Below are positions 11,472 through 23,556 of a stretch of DNA of 33,160 bases, piece by piece. Origin of the DNA: Bigelowiella natans CCMP2755 (Eukaryota; Protista; Cercozoa); the NCBI GenBank assembly GCA_000320545.1, contig ADNK01000749.1, forward strand, positions 1 through 33,160, in the 5' to 3' direction. Each line of letters opens with the position of its first letter. The stretch's first letter is position 1. A program made the translations under genes and the position numbers. The notes beneath the pieces are model-generated. The model was not told the origin of the DNA. It saw only the letters and a program-made list of their open reading frames with translations, and did not search any database.

Positions 11472-12981
11472 CACGGATCGCAAAACTAAACAAAAAACGA
11501 TAATAGCTCTCCGCATCCTTTCCTTCCTCCTTCTAAATACGATCGATCTCAACGTCATCATTTATCGTAATCACCCTATATGCTCTGTGAAAGACTTCGG
11601 CGCTGCCCAGAACGGGAGCGGCGTTTGGTAGAAAGAAGGCGTCTGGTTGTGGGACAAACACAGGAAGCAACACCGACAGCAGCAGCGCACGAATAAGAAC
11701 GATGGCATTACTACGATGATGGTAATAAATAACCGTATCATTTCAATGCACACCGACAGAATTGAAAGATTTTTGCTTCACACCATTCATGTATTATCAT
11801 TACCATAATCTCCAATCGAGAAGTCTTGAGGGCCTTCTTTAGCCTCCTTGCAGCATTTTGAGCTGATGGAAAGAGAAAGAGAGAGAGATAGAGAGGAGGA
11901 GGAATAGGTATCACATATGCATATATTTACATAATAAAAATAGACACATAAAAGATGATCGAGATCAAACATACACACACACATACATACGCATACACGC
12001 ACCATATAAGCGACTACTGCTTTCCTCCACGTTTCCATCTTGCTCATACATTTTCTCCATGAACTCGATCGCTTGCAGAACGTCCTCCTCAGTTGCGTAC
12101 GATGGGTGCTTCGAAGAGTGAAAGAGGCGAGGGGCGGAGGGAAATAATGACGGATTGGCCAACAACAAAAGTAATATCTTCACATGTCCAATTTTCAGTT
12201 TGAATATCTCATTTGTTTTTAAATTTCTGAACAAAATAAACAAATCTACACAATGATAATCCAAGTGACACGCCCCTCCCCCCCCCCCCTCTATTTATGG
12301 TCCCCTCTTTTTTCTTCCTACCATGTTTGCAGGTGAAAGATGCATGGTGACACGGCGATTATCGTTTCCTATAAATGCATCATTTGGATATTATACGACA
12401 ACGACGACGACGATGATAATAAACATGAAAATGGAAGCGAAGGAGGAGAGAGAGAGAGAGAGAGAGGAGGAGAAGGAGGAGGAGGAGAGAAGGTAGAGGA
12501 AGGGTAAGAGAATACGATGTACGAGTGAGCAAGAATTTGATATATGATGTCGTTTCTTACTTCCTCACTTACCTCTAAGGAATGTGTCTACGAGGAGAAG
12601 GTCCATCGTCACTTCAATACCAGCATTTCCAGCTAGTAGCAGAAGAGAGTTTGATCGTGACAGACGCTCAGCTCCCAGATCAGAGTCGTCTCTGTGCGCG
12701 CGTAGTGGTGAATCAATGGATGAATGAGAAAGCAGCTCGATACATTATATGCGAATCACAGATCTCTCTCTCTCTCTCTCACTCACACACACACACACAC
12801 ACACGCGCGCGCGGAGAAAGAGAAAGAGAGAGAGAGAGAGGGGGGGGGGGGGGGGGTACCGCAAATACGTTGAATTCGTGTGATACAACAAGATTCTGCA
12901 TCATCACTGCAGTCAATCAACCCCCCCCCCTCACCTTAAAAAGATCGATGGTTTCTCTGTTCCATGCTGGTAATCGGGGAT

Positions 12982-13021
<40 letters not shown>

Positions 13022-13389
13022 TTATTTGCAGTAGCACAGAACAACAATAAAAAGGTGATATCCTGCTGTTGCTATGTGGATTGTGACAAATCACGCTACC
13101 CCACTTAGAAGTAGGTGGGGGGGGGAGGGGGGTTGGATGCGTCGTGACACGTTCTACTTACTCCGTAGATTTCGGCAGGGGCATTATCCGCGATGTATAC
13201 TTTGTCATCTTCTCTCCTCACATAGGAGAAATATGTGTCAGCCTCTTCAAAAGTCTCTGGATCTACAGATGTGCGGTTCTGTTGTTTTGATGACAACGAC
13301 AACGATGAGGAGGAGGGTGAGCACGTACCAATGTTAGCAGCACACACAAACAGCAGGTAGGCAGCTATGCAGCAGATACGGGGTGAGAT

Positions 13390-13430
<41 letters not shown>

Positions 13431-15874
13431 CATACATATACATATATTCACACCCCGGAACAAATCAAATTGCACGATGTGCGCTTATTGTAGACCATAA
13501 TATCTATAAATCCTATGTCACAAACTGGGTGATAGCCGTTCGCATCTACCCCTCCTCCCCTCGCCTTCCTCCCCACACATTCATTATCCAGCATTATTAT
13601 ATCTCACTTTACCTCGGTCTTTGGGTTTTTCACGATATAATCCTCGAACTGAAACACAGCCATGGAGAAGAGGAGGCAGAGTTATCTCTAACACCATCAG
13701 AAAATCTATGCTAATTTGCTTTTTGCATCACAGAAATGTATGTCAGATTTCTTATTACTGTTTTTTTGGTTGTCTCTTTCCACCCCCCACCACCCACCAC
13801 CACACCATCACCATCACCATCACCACCACCACCACCACCACCATCGTTGTTCCCTATCCCACCGTCTTCTCCTCGTCTTCGTCCATTGGGTTTATATCGT
13901 ATATTGAAAAATTTCTCCCTGTGCTCTCCACCTGATACGAGAGAAGAACCAGAAGAAAAATAGCAGGGATACATAGGAAGGAACTTACACCTCGCTTCTT
14001 TTCAAATCGTAACTATTCTCCCCAGCCTACTACCACCTGCAGCAGCAGTAGCAACGTCTCCTTCCTCTGTACTACACCTACTACTACTACTACTACTACT
14101 AATAATAATAATAATAATACCCGTTCACGATCCTGCTCGCTTTTCTCCCGGCGTCTGCGCTCTTGGTCCTCCTCAAATTTCTTCTTATCCTCTTCAAACT
14201 AATTGATTGACGATGGTTGCAGCAGGGGGGGGGGGGGGGGGTTGAGTGGTGGCAGCGAATATTGCTGGTGGTATTGTGTGCGTGTGTGTGTGTGTGTGTG
14301 TGTTTGTGTGTGTTTGTGTGTGTGTAGATACATAGCAGAGAAAGAAAGTCCAAAATCCAAGGATATTGTAACATAATAAGGCAGCATAACAAAAACCCAA
14401 CAATACCGACTACTACTACTACAACTACTACAACTACTACTACTAAGGATTGGAACAAACACGTACTTTCTCTCTGTTGTACAACGCAACACGCTCACGC
14501 GCATCCATCGTTGAAAGCACCATATTCCTTCCATACAGCTCTCTGTGCAGCAGGTCAACTCTTCCAGCTGTAGCACACAGCCGCAGCAGCTGGGGGGGGA
14601 TCCATCCTTCCTGAGCAATCTTTTCTTCGATCTCACCCGCAGCCTCAGCGTCACCCCTGCCGTCATCAAGATCCACATCATCCTCAAAGGCCAAGGAGGA
14701 AGGTGAGAAGGAGAAGAAGGCGTCTTCAATGTTGTCCTCAACCACGTCCGCAGCGCCTACCAATAGCTCGTTCTTCTGCTCTGCATATCCGTCATGCTGA
14801 AGGAGGAGTGTGAAGGACGGGGTTAAAACGACACTCGTGCACGTGAAAGCGCAACATTCGATAGTACAGTTGTAATGGTGGTGGAGGGTAGTAGCAGCAG
14901 TAGCAGCAGCATGCATGCATCGATCATCCATCATCATTCTGAGCATGCATGTTATCAATCATCATCCATCATCATCATGAGCAGCAAATAACCTGAGAGG
15001 CTTCGATGCCGTCGTGATCTTCAAGGATTTGAAGCAGCCGTTGGTACACGTAGTGCTCTGTGAAGAAGATGCTTCCCCTCTGTGTGCGTTGTAGGAGTAG
15101 TAGTAGCAATAATAATAACAATAAGCAGGATTAACGTTAGGAAAACAACCAAATCCCTGTGACTCACGCACTCACTAGCAGCATAGCACCCGCAGCAGCG
15201 AGGAGCTCTACGATACGTGTCAATCAGGGGAGGAAGAAGAGGAGGAGGAGGAGGAGAGGGGGTGGGGGGGGAACGGAGGCAGGGAGGCCTCTATTCTCTC
15301 GCTTCAAGCGCATATACACACGCTCACTTGAGCACGCACGATTGCATCATACACCGCTTGCACAACAAGCGAAGAAGAACTACGACAAGTGGGAGATGTG
15401 GGTTTGAGGTCAGCTGAGTGCTTGTTACAGCAAACCTTCCAAGTTCTGCGTCTGTGATCTTGTAAGTCGAGGTACTGATTCCACTGCTTGCCTCTACTGC
15501 CCTTCTGAGCGATGGGAGGAGAAGAAGAAGAAGAAGAAGAAGGAGGAGGAGGAGGAGGAGGGGTTCATAAAATCAATAAGAAAGAAAGGCAGCGTTGTTA
15601 AGGAGAAGGAAGGGACCAGTAATACCACTGAACAACACAACACAACGCACATCAACAGAGATTCTTATACGGTGATTGGCCACCAACACGAGGGTTTACT
15701 ACTGAATCTTCAAAACAAACAAAAGCTATGGTTGCCTGCTCCATCATCATCATCATCATCATCATCACCATCATCATCATTGAAAGTGATATCGGCTGGT
15801 GTTAGCAAGTATCAAATCGCTAGAAAGTAGGAAAAGAGAGAATGGTCAAAGGACGATGAAAGCGCGCGCGCGCG

Positions 15875-15925
<51 letters not shown>

Positions 15926-16872
15926 AAGAGAGGACACGCAATCACACGCACGTACGCGTGCATCTACACAAACACGCACCAGGGGGCTGAACGGTCGGTC
16001 CAATATAGATGATGACGACGATGTTGATGACGATAAAGCAATCTAGAGGAGAAGGGTTAAAATTAGGGTAAAGACGTTGCACCACCACCACCAGCAGCTA
16101 TATTTATTCTGGTAGTGTAAGGACAGGTGCTGATTTGTGGTGGTGATGGTGGTGATGGTGATGGTGGTGGTGGTGATGACGATCATCGAGACCAAGCAAC
16201 AAAATCATAGATGCACAATCGTGCATATGCATGCATGTGTGTGTGTGTAGTGTGCAAATTCGATAACTAGTCATCATCTTACTTGCGCCTCTTGAACGAG
16301 ATCTTTCACGGCCCTAGCAACTTTGGAACTATGACCATAAAACCCACATCAGAAGCACAATCACACTAGCACATCATGGACGCCAACAGCAGAGTGCTAC
16401 AATTCTGCAGCAGTAGCAGCAGCAACAACAACAACAAAACAGCGAGTAGATCATGGATGTGGGATGCGTTTCTTGGAAATAATGGGAGGAGAAAAAAAAG
16501 AGGGGGGGGGGGGAGGGGATATATCCCGACAACATTCCTGCACACATTATCAACAAAGAATATATAGTTGGAATTTCTGAGAGCACAGCAGCAGCAGCGC
16601 AACCACCTGTAAGGAGGCTTGGTAAACACCTCCAGAATCCTCCCCAGGCTGTCAAAATACCTCTTCGCATAATCACTAGGGAGGAAAAGGGCCATATCAT
16701 TCACATCGGCAAAACAACAAATTAGTGTCATCGTCAAAGGAGAAGAGGCGTGCATGCCATGCATATATGATGGATGAAGCAATCAGAAGAGAGATGGGAC
16801 TCCATTTCCGCTGATGCTGCTATTATTGCCACTACAACTACTAGTAGTAAGAAACTGCCACAAGAAGAACGA

Positions 16873-16903
<31 letters not shown>

Positions 16904-17761
16904 TACTACTACTACTACTAGGTGACAGTGGTAAAACAACCCCTTTGTTTTGGTTGATGTCGTGTGGTACTCCTCTCCATACTCCCAGAAGTCGACTGTT
17001 CAGAAAAAAGAACGAGGAGAAGGAGGAGGGGAAGCGAATGCGGCGGTGAGACACGGAAACAGCTGGATAATTGAAAAAGAGGAGGAGGATGATAATGATA
17101 GTAGTGATGATGATCTGGGATTATTATCATCATCATCATCATCATCACCACCACCACCACCATCATCATAGCGACAATATCCACCCAACACACAGATGGG
17201 CTGCTAAGAACTGGTGACCTTCATCAGATGGCCCTCTCGGTTCAGGCAGGTTCATCAGCAAGTACTCATCGAACAGCTCACGACCTCGTTCTTCGGTCAA
17301 ATAGCTGAATAATAGTTGGAGAACAAGCGGATGATGATTGATACAAGAACGGTAATTCCACAATATGAACAGTCTAATACCTGTGATTTAGCCGTCTCTC
17401 TAATGTCACACTCTTTCCCACCTGCACATCGAGGAGACATGTTGTGGATTTTCATCAAGATATAATATTTGTGTTGATATTCAGAATATTGCCGCAGCAT
17501 CAATCATCGTCACTGTTGTTAGTATGAATCCAATCTCCACCCTCTCACACTCAATTTATTACCTTGTGTGAGCGTGACATATCGATTAAGAACTGGTTCT
17601 CGAAATAGTCGAGCTCGGTGGACTAATAGGTGAGAAGAATCACATGAATGAGGGCTGCTACGACACCTTCATGCTGTATTATTGTGACTTTGGAGAAAAT
17701 ATGTAAGGAAATTGTCAAGTCTTTGTTTCAAAACAATAGGGAATGTGTCGCTCTTTCTCTT

Positions 17762-17800
<39 letters not shown>

Positions 17801-17875
17801 TCTTTTCTTCCCTGTGTATCAGTTAAGTGGTTTTCGTGTGCAAAAGAAGACTTAGAGAAGAGAAAGAGAGAGGAG

Positions 17876-17929
<54 letters not shown>

Positions 17930-18110
17930 ATCGTACGAATCGCTCCTCCTGCTCATCATCCATGATTTGGAAGCCTCCCGTTGTCCTTTTATGGTAAAAA
18001 ATAATTATACACCCTTCTTACACTTAAAGTGATGATGAAGAATGCAGTCAAGATCATTTCACAAGGAAAGCTAGGTTTGTGTGCGTGATCCTCAGGTATA
18101 TCACCATGAT

Positions 18111-18189
<79 letters not shown>

Positions 18190-18415
18190 CTAAAAGGAAT
18201 TGGAGCGTGTAGTATTGTGAAACTTGAGTAGTAGCTTAGTATTTTCGACTGGTTGTTGTTGTTGTTGTCTTCTCACCGATTCGTCATGTACGAGGCGTTG
18301 TAATGTATGTCATCGTTGACGTCTATCAGGCTATTGTCCGGGCCGACGCTGTCCCATGCATAGCTATCCATCTCATCCGTAATTCCATCAAGGTGCATGG
18401 TTTTTTGGTATCCCT

Positions 18416-18455
<40 letters not shown>

Positions 18456-18793
18456 TACGTTCCAGCTCTCCAGAGAGTGGGGGAAGATAACGGTTTGTGA
18501 GCAGTGTTTTTGGTTTTCCAACAAACCTCGTAGCGCTTTCGCCTCTTGGATGCAACCTTCGTCACACGATCTGTGCAGCGTCTTCTCCCCAAGTGACCGA
18601 GCTTCGATCTCATAAGTAAGGGCTTTATACGTCTCATAACCATGGATTGAGCGACAGGTATCATCCTGCTACTGCCTCTTCCGAGCCACCCCTTAAGGAG
18701 TAGAAGATGAAGGACAGTGAGGGTCCACACCAACCCCCACCCTCCGAAACAACTTCGGGCCCTGTTCGCACCCAAACCATGCGAAGCTGTCAT
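10496..18793 (-). CDS. ARMT1-like / DUF89 (damage-control phosphatase family, subfamily III-like) protein with degenerate active site, large inserts and bipartite leader
   Basis: More than 25 exons. ARMT1-like blocks appear in order: KP...WNQYL, TWKRGSIFFTEHYVYQRL, HDGYAEQK, IFLRDDS, LLLLAGNAGIEVTMDLLLVDTFL, VTMHLSPANMHPSYATEEDV, FYQTPLPFWAAP, VMILKADRHYRRLTGD, ILALRPLNFPGTCIGL, SWDTTG; stop TGA at 10498-10496. First exon MTASHG...WGLVWTLTVLHLLLLKGWLG plus an R/K-rich segment. A few internal junctions (about 13.7-14.0 kb, 16.3 kb, 16.9 kb) are ambiguous. Confidence 0.85.
17763..17926. repeat. Complementary (CT)n and (GA)n microsatellites in one intron
   Basis: (CT)n at ~17763-17795 and (GA)n at ~17881-17926. 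Confidence 0.9.
18112..18187. repeat. Compound (CT)n(GT)n microsatellite, intronic
   Basis: Directly visible tandem repeat. Confidence 0.95.
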
Positions 18794-19492
18794 CCGCTCT
18801 CCGGATGGCTGCTGGCACGTAACCGGTGTGTGGATTCGCGCTCCGATCTGTTGTTTTCTGTGAGGAAGATCTGGGTAAAAATATATCGAGATAATATCCA
18901 CATAATCCTCACGAGTATAGTGACCCTATGACAGAAGTTGCTTGATCGCAAACTTCTTCATTTCGCAAGCCGGAACTATCCTAGTAACTTTTGGCGGGTA
19001 AAATGTTGTTGTAATTGTTACCGAAAACATTGCCTAGAGATTACACGGAGCGGAACCACCGAAAATGAGCACAAACTATTTCACAGCCAACGGCTGGCAT
19101 CCCAGACCTAAAAGCATGGGTTATCTTCGGGTGTTTTTACTTATTATCTAGAGACGAGATATGATTGTCGTTCATCAAAAACCAAGGGCATGTTGAGCAT
19201 TATTAAAGGTCGTTCGTGGAAGCAGCTCGCTTAATTTCGGATCATCACCATTAGGCGCCAACCTCATCGATTGGTTGCAGCAAACAAACAACCACTCGAG
19301 GAGGAGGCCAAGGGGAAGAATACTCTACATTCCTTCGCTCCACTCTCTCTCAGTGGGTCCTGCCGAGCTGTATCACCGTCTATGTGGACGAGGGAGAAGA
19401 CTACCTAGGCCGTTCATCGAAGGAAACTAGCAACCAACGCAAGACACCCTCTGATTATTATGCCACTGTGGTGATAGCTAGGAAGAGGCTGG
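18794..19492. promoter_or_regulatory. Putative bidirectional promoter (DUF89-like / calflagin-like)
   Basis: ~700 bp repeat-poor spacer between divergent ATGs; CCGGAA at 18970, ATTGG near 19270. Confidence 0.5.
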
Positions 19493-21502
19493 ATGCAGCG
19501 TCAAACCAAGAGCGCTTGCAAAGCAGGAGCAGGATTTGTTGTCTTTGCCCTTTTCATCTTCATCCTCGAGCTTGCCATCCTCTCCCACCCCCATCATTCA
19601 GCTTTTCTGCGCTCATCATCCAGTGACGCTGCCTCTGTAACCCCTCTGCGAAGTCTGTCGCTGGTTGCAGCCAAGCTGCCTGCTTCACCCTCCAAGTCGC
19701 ATTCAGCACTTCGCGCGAAACTGTTTCGGCAATGTGATACACAAAACACGGGACGCCTCAGGTTCTCATTCCTCCTCCTCTCTCTCTCTCTACTCAGTTT
19801 ACTTGCATCGAATCATTGCTGCATGGCTGTGTTACCTGGCTCATTGTGATTTGGCGTGTGAAACAGTCTAGCAATGGTTCGGGAGGGATTGCATACGTTT
19901 CTGGTCAACAACGACAATGATTTCAACGTTGATGAAGCACTTGCAAGGTAGATTGTAGTCGTCTATACAACATGTGCATGCAGGTGTTATCACCCGTCAA
20001 AACGGCATTACATTATACGCTCAAATACATTATACGCTCAAACCATGCCCAGCTCACACACATACACGCGCACACACGCACGCACAACAATGGTACATCG
20101 CGCGCGTGTGCGTGTTCGGAAAACATTTTGAATGCATCGATCAATTATCTTCCAGATTGTAAAAAATGAGAAATGTGATGTTTGCCAGTGCTTTTCGTGC
20201 CGCTACCGCTATATCCAAAGGAACAGAGCTCACGGTGCAGTTTTGTAGAACATTCACCATATATGAACATCACATAGCCAAGTTAGGCCGAAGCAACACA
20301 TTTATTTCATGCTCGTTTTTCTCAGAGACGGGGCTTTCGGCTGCTTCTGCTCTACTTACAGCAGCACCTTAACCTAGCCCCCGTCTTCCCAAATATTGCT
20401 CTTACTGTGACAATGGCTGCAAGATCGAAAGGAGAGAACAGCCTTGGAGGAAGCAGAAAGAAGCATCTTGTTGCAGTGCCACCGCTCTCCGCGTGGGTTC
20501 CGCGTGGCGCATTTGAGAGGGCAATTCCACGGTTGAACGTAGAAGGGGGGAGGGGGGAAGGGTGGAAGGGGGTGGGATAACAGCATATCAGAGCAAATCT
20601 ATGGTGGTGACAATAGATAGTGGCAGGGGTGGTGGACAGTGGTTGTTGATATATCAAGCTGCCATTATACGTGTACCATATCATCGTTTTTATCGCTGGT
20701 ACATCGCACCAGCTTCTCCTGTGTGTGCATTGCTGTTATAGCAAGTTGGGTTTCACTTTCTACGCCTTCAGCTGATGCAGTGTGTTCTCAACATGTGCGT
20801 GGACCATTCGTGTTCCTGACGTCGTCTCTTCTTACACCGCTACACTCACACGATGGTATGTATGTGTCTCCAGCTTGCAGGAGAAGGGCATAGAAGTGAC
20901 CGACATCTCTCAGGTCTGCTACTCTACTCAGCTATGATAAATGGAAAATCCATCTGCCATTACAACAACCACACTCATCATCGTCATCGTCATCATCATC
21001 ATGACAAATATATCAAAATCATCAATAATAACAACATAAACAAACCACCTTCAGGTGTTCGGCGATGACGATGATCAGAAGACTTTTCACGATATCTGCA
21101 TATGGTATTATGGGTTATTATATAAATGTGTGAGTGGTGAGGGGAGGGGGAGAAGCAAAAGCCATTAGAAGAATAACCAACATCGCGTTTGTGGTACTAC
21201 ATTATGAGCAATTGGCAAATAACCGACAGGGCCTTGAAGACTCGTTTAATGGAGGAGATTCTTGCGGATATTGACACACCTTCCGTGTCTAAGAAAGAGG
21301 TTCTTCTTCTTCTTTTTCTTCTTCCTCTTCTTCTCGAAAGCAGCAGCAGCAGCAGCTCTGAATTATAGAATACCCCCCTCTAGTGTGTTAATACTATCGT
21401 CATTGTGTGTATATCCTATCATCAATGTAACCATCATGCGAAGGTAACCATTATTCTTCTCTTGGAGGTGTTGCTGAGAAGCGCTAATACATCTTTGTTC
21501 TC

Positions 21503-21539
<37 letters not shown>

Positions 21540-22646
21540 CCCAGGAGGAGAAAGATAATAGAATCGAAGATGCTGGCGGTATGGGGGAAGATGCTACCGT
21601 ACTACCAATGTCTCTCGCAGCAAGCCCTGCACCTGAGCAGCCTCTTTTACGGCAACGACTAGCTCGTATTAATGTACTATTTACGGGGGATATATAGTGC
21701 TTAATGTACTTTATGTACGAATCGTGCATCGTGTATCCCTACCCAACGCTCAAATGCAGGTGGCGGTGGTGGTGGTGATGATGTGGGGAGAGTTGTGTTG
21801 TTCCATCACTAGTCTTTCGATATTACATTAATCTACTAATAACCCTCAGATCATCAATTCATCGGCCGCACCGCCCCCTCCCCTCTCTCTTCCTCCTCCT
21901 CCTCCTCCAATCATGTCGCTAGAGGAGGCGTTAGCCTACGAATCCATCATTGGTAAACGATTTCACGCACTGAGTACGACGCAACCGTGGTGGTGATGGA
22001 TTGATGGGCCAAAACGAGAAGAAGAAGAAGAAGAAGAAGAAGAAGAAGAAGAAGAAGAAAAAGATACATTATGTACATGACATTGTTGCTTCTCTTCAAA
22101 GCGGATAATGACGATAATGATGATTCTCCTGCTATTTCTTTTCCATATACTGCTACGGCCATTGTCAGCACCAACCGCAGCTGAGGAAGAAGGAGGACGG
22201 GGGGGGGAGAAGAAGATTGCGAGGAGAGCGCCAGCATCTGTGACTTCTGCAGTGGCTGCTGCTTTAACCCCTGCCACTACCAATACCCCCACCCATGTAT
22301 TAAACTCTGAATTCAGGGGGGTGGGGGATGGAAATCACAGAGTTGATCTCGGAACAATGACTCCTAATAGAAACAACTACCAGCAACACTCTCCACCGCG
22401 AAGAAGCAGTCAAGATCTTATCGAGTATGAAAGAGACCTTAGAATGGGTGCTGCAAAGACGGATGAGGTGCTGCTCGAGGATAGGAGTAGGATGTAGTAG
22501 TGGAAAGAGGGAGGGGAGGGGGGGGGGGTAACGGATCGGCTTTCCCATTTAAAGAAGAGATCGTTAATACAATGCGATGTGTGCAGGTCGCATTGGCAAA
22601 GCAGCAGATAAACAGACTCTCGGTAGTGTTAGCGAAGAGGAAGAGA

Positions 22647-22694
<48 letters not shown>

Positions 22695-23003
22695 CTTTAG
22701 AATGTAGCTAACGTGAGGGATAAGGAGGGAGGAGAAATTCATAATCTCCTGGATTTGTGTGCGTGTGTGTCCTATATGAATACTCGTTTCGTCGTTGTCT
22801 CTCATCTATACCTTCGTCATCGTCCTCGTCGTTGCCATCATCATCATCATCATTATCATCATCATCATCATTCTCCCTATATTTTCACGTGTTCAGGCAG
22901 AAGTGGGGGAGTTGAGGAGGAAATATGCACATGAGTCATCACAGTAATGAGAAGACCACAACACCGTTGATGATTAGCATATATGGACGTATAATTATAT
23001 ATA

Positions 23004-23041
<38 letters not shown>

Positions 23042-23308
23042 GTAATATACTATGCTCACGTGTATACACACGATTGAATAAGATTATGTTGTGTGTGTGT
23101 GTGTGTGTGTGTGAAATTGATTCCATTAGATCAAAATCCCTCTCATCAGCACTTGACAGAGCGACGAACCAGAGGTATTTACTACTCCTGCTGCTGCTGC
23201 TAACAGCACTGCATCATAACCATACAAACATATTATTCATCAATTTGGTCAACATGCGCCTTCGCACGCGCGCGCGCACACACACACAAATACATAAGAT
23301 AATTTATG

Positions 23309-23346
<38 letters not shown>

Positions 23347-23518
23347 CTAGAATTGCATACTCAAAATTACTATGTATATCGTTTTGACTCTTCTCTCCCC
23401 GCCTCCCTTACTCCCCCCCCCCCCCCCCCTCCCTCTCTTTCTCTCTTTTTTTAATATAAATGTGCAGACTCTTGCTGAGTGAGACTATGCGAAATTAGTT
23501 CCGACAAGATCGTTGAGG

Positions 23519-23556
<38 letters not shown>

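Noticed and set aside
15176-15207. Possible 32-nt cassette exon (minus strand) with a strong GTGAGT donor in a DUF89 intron
   Set aside because: It would shift the frame, and the flanking exons already join correctly (TWK|RGSIFF); no support without RNA data.
19382-19408. Short upstream ORF before the calflagin-like gene
   Set aside because: TSS unknown; an 8-codon ORF is expected by chance.
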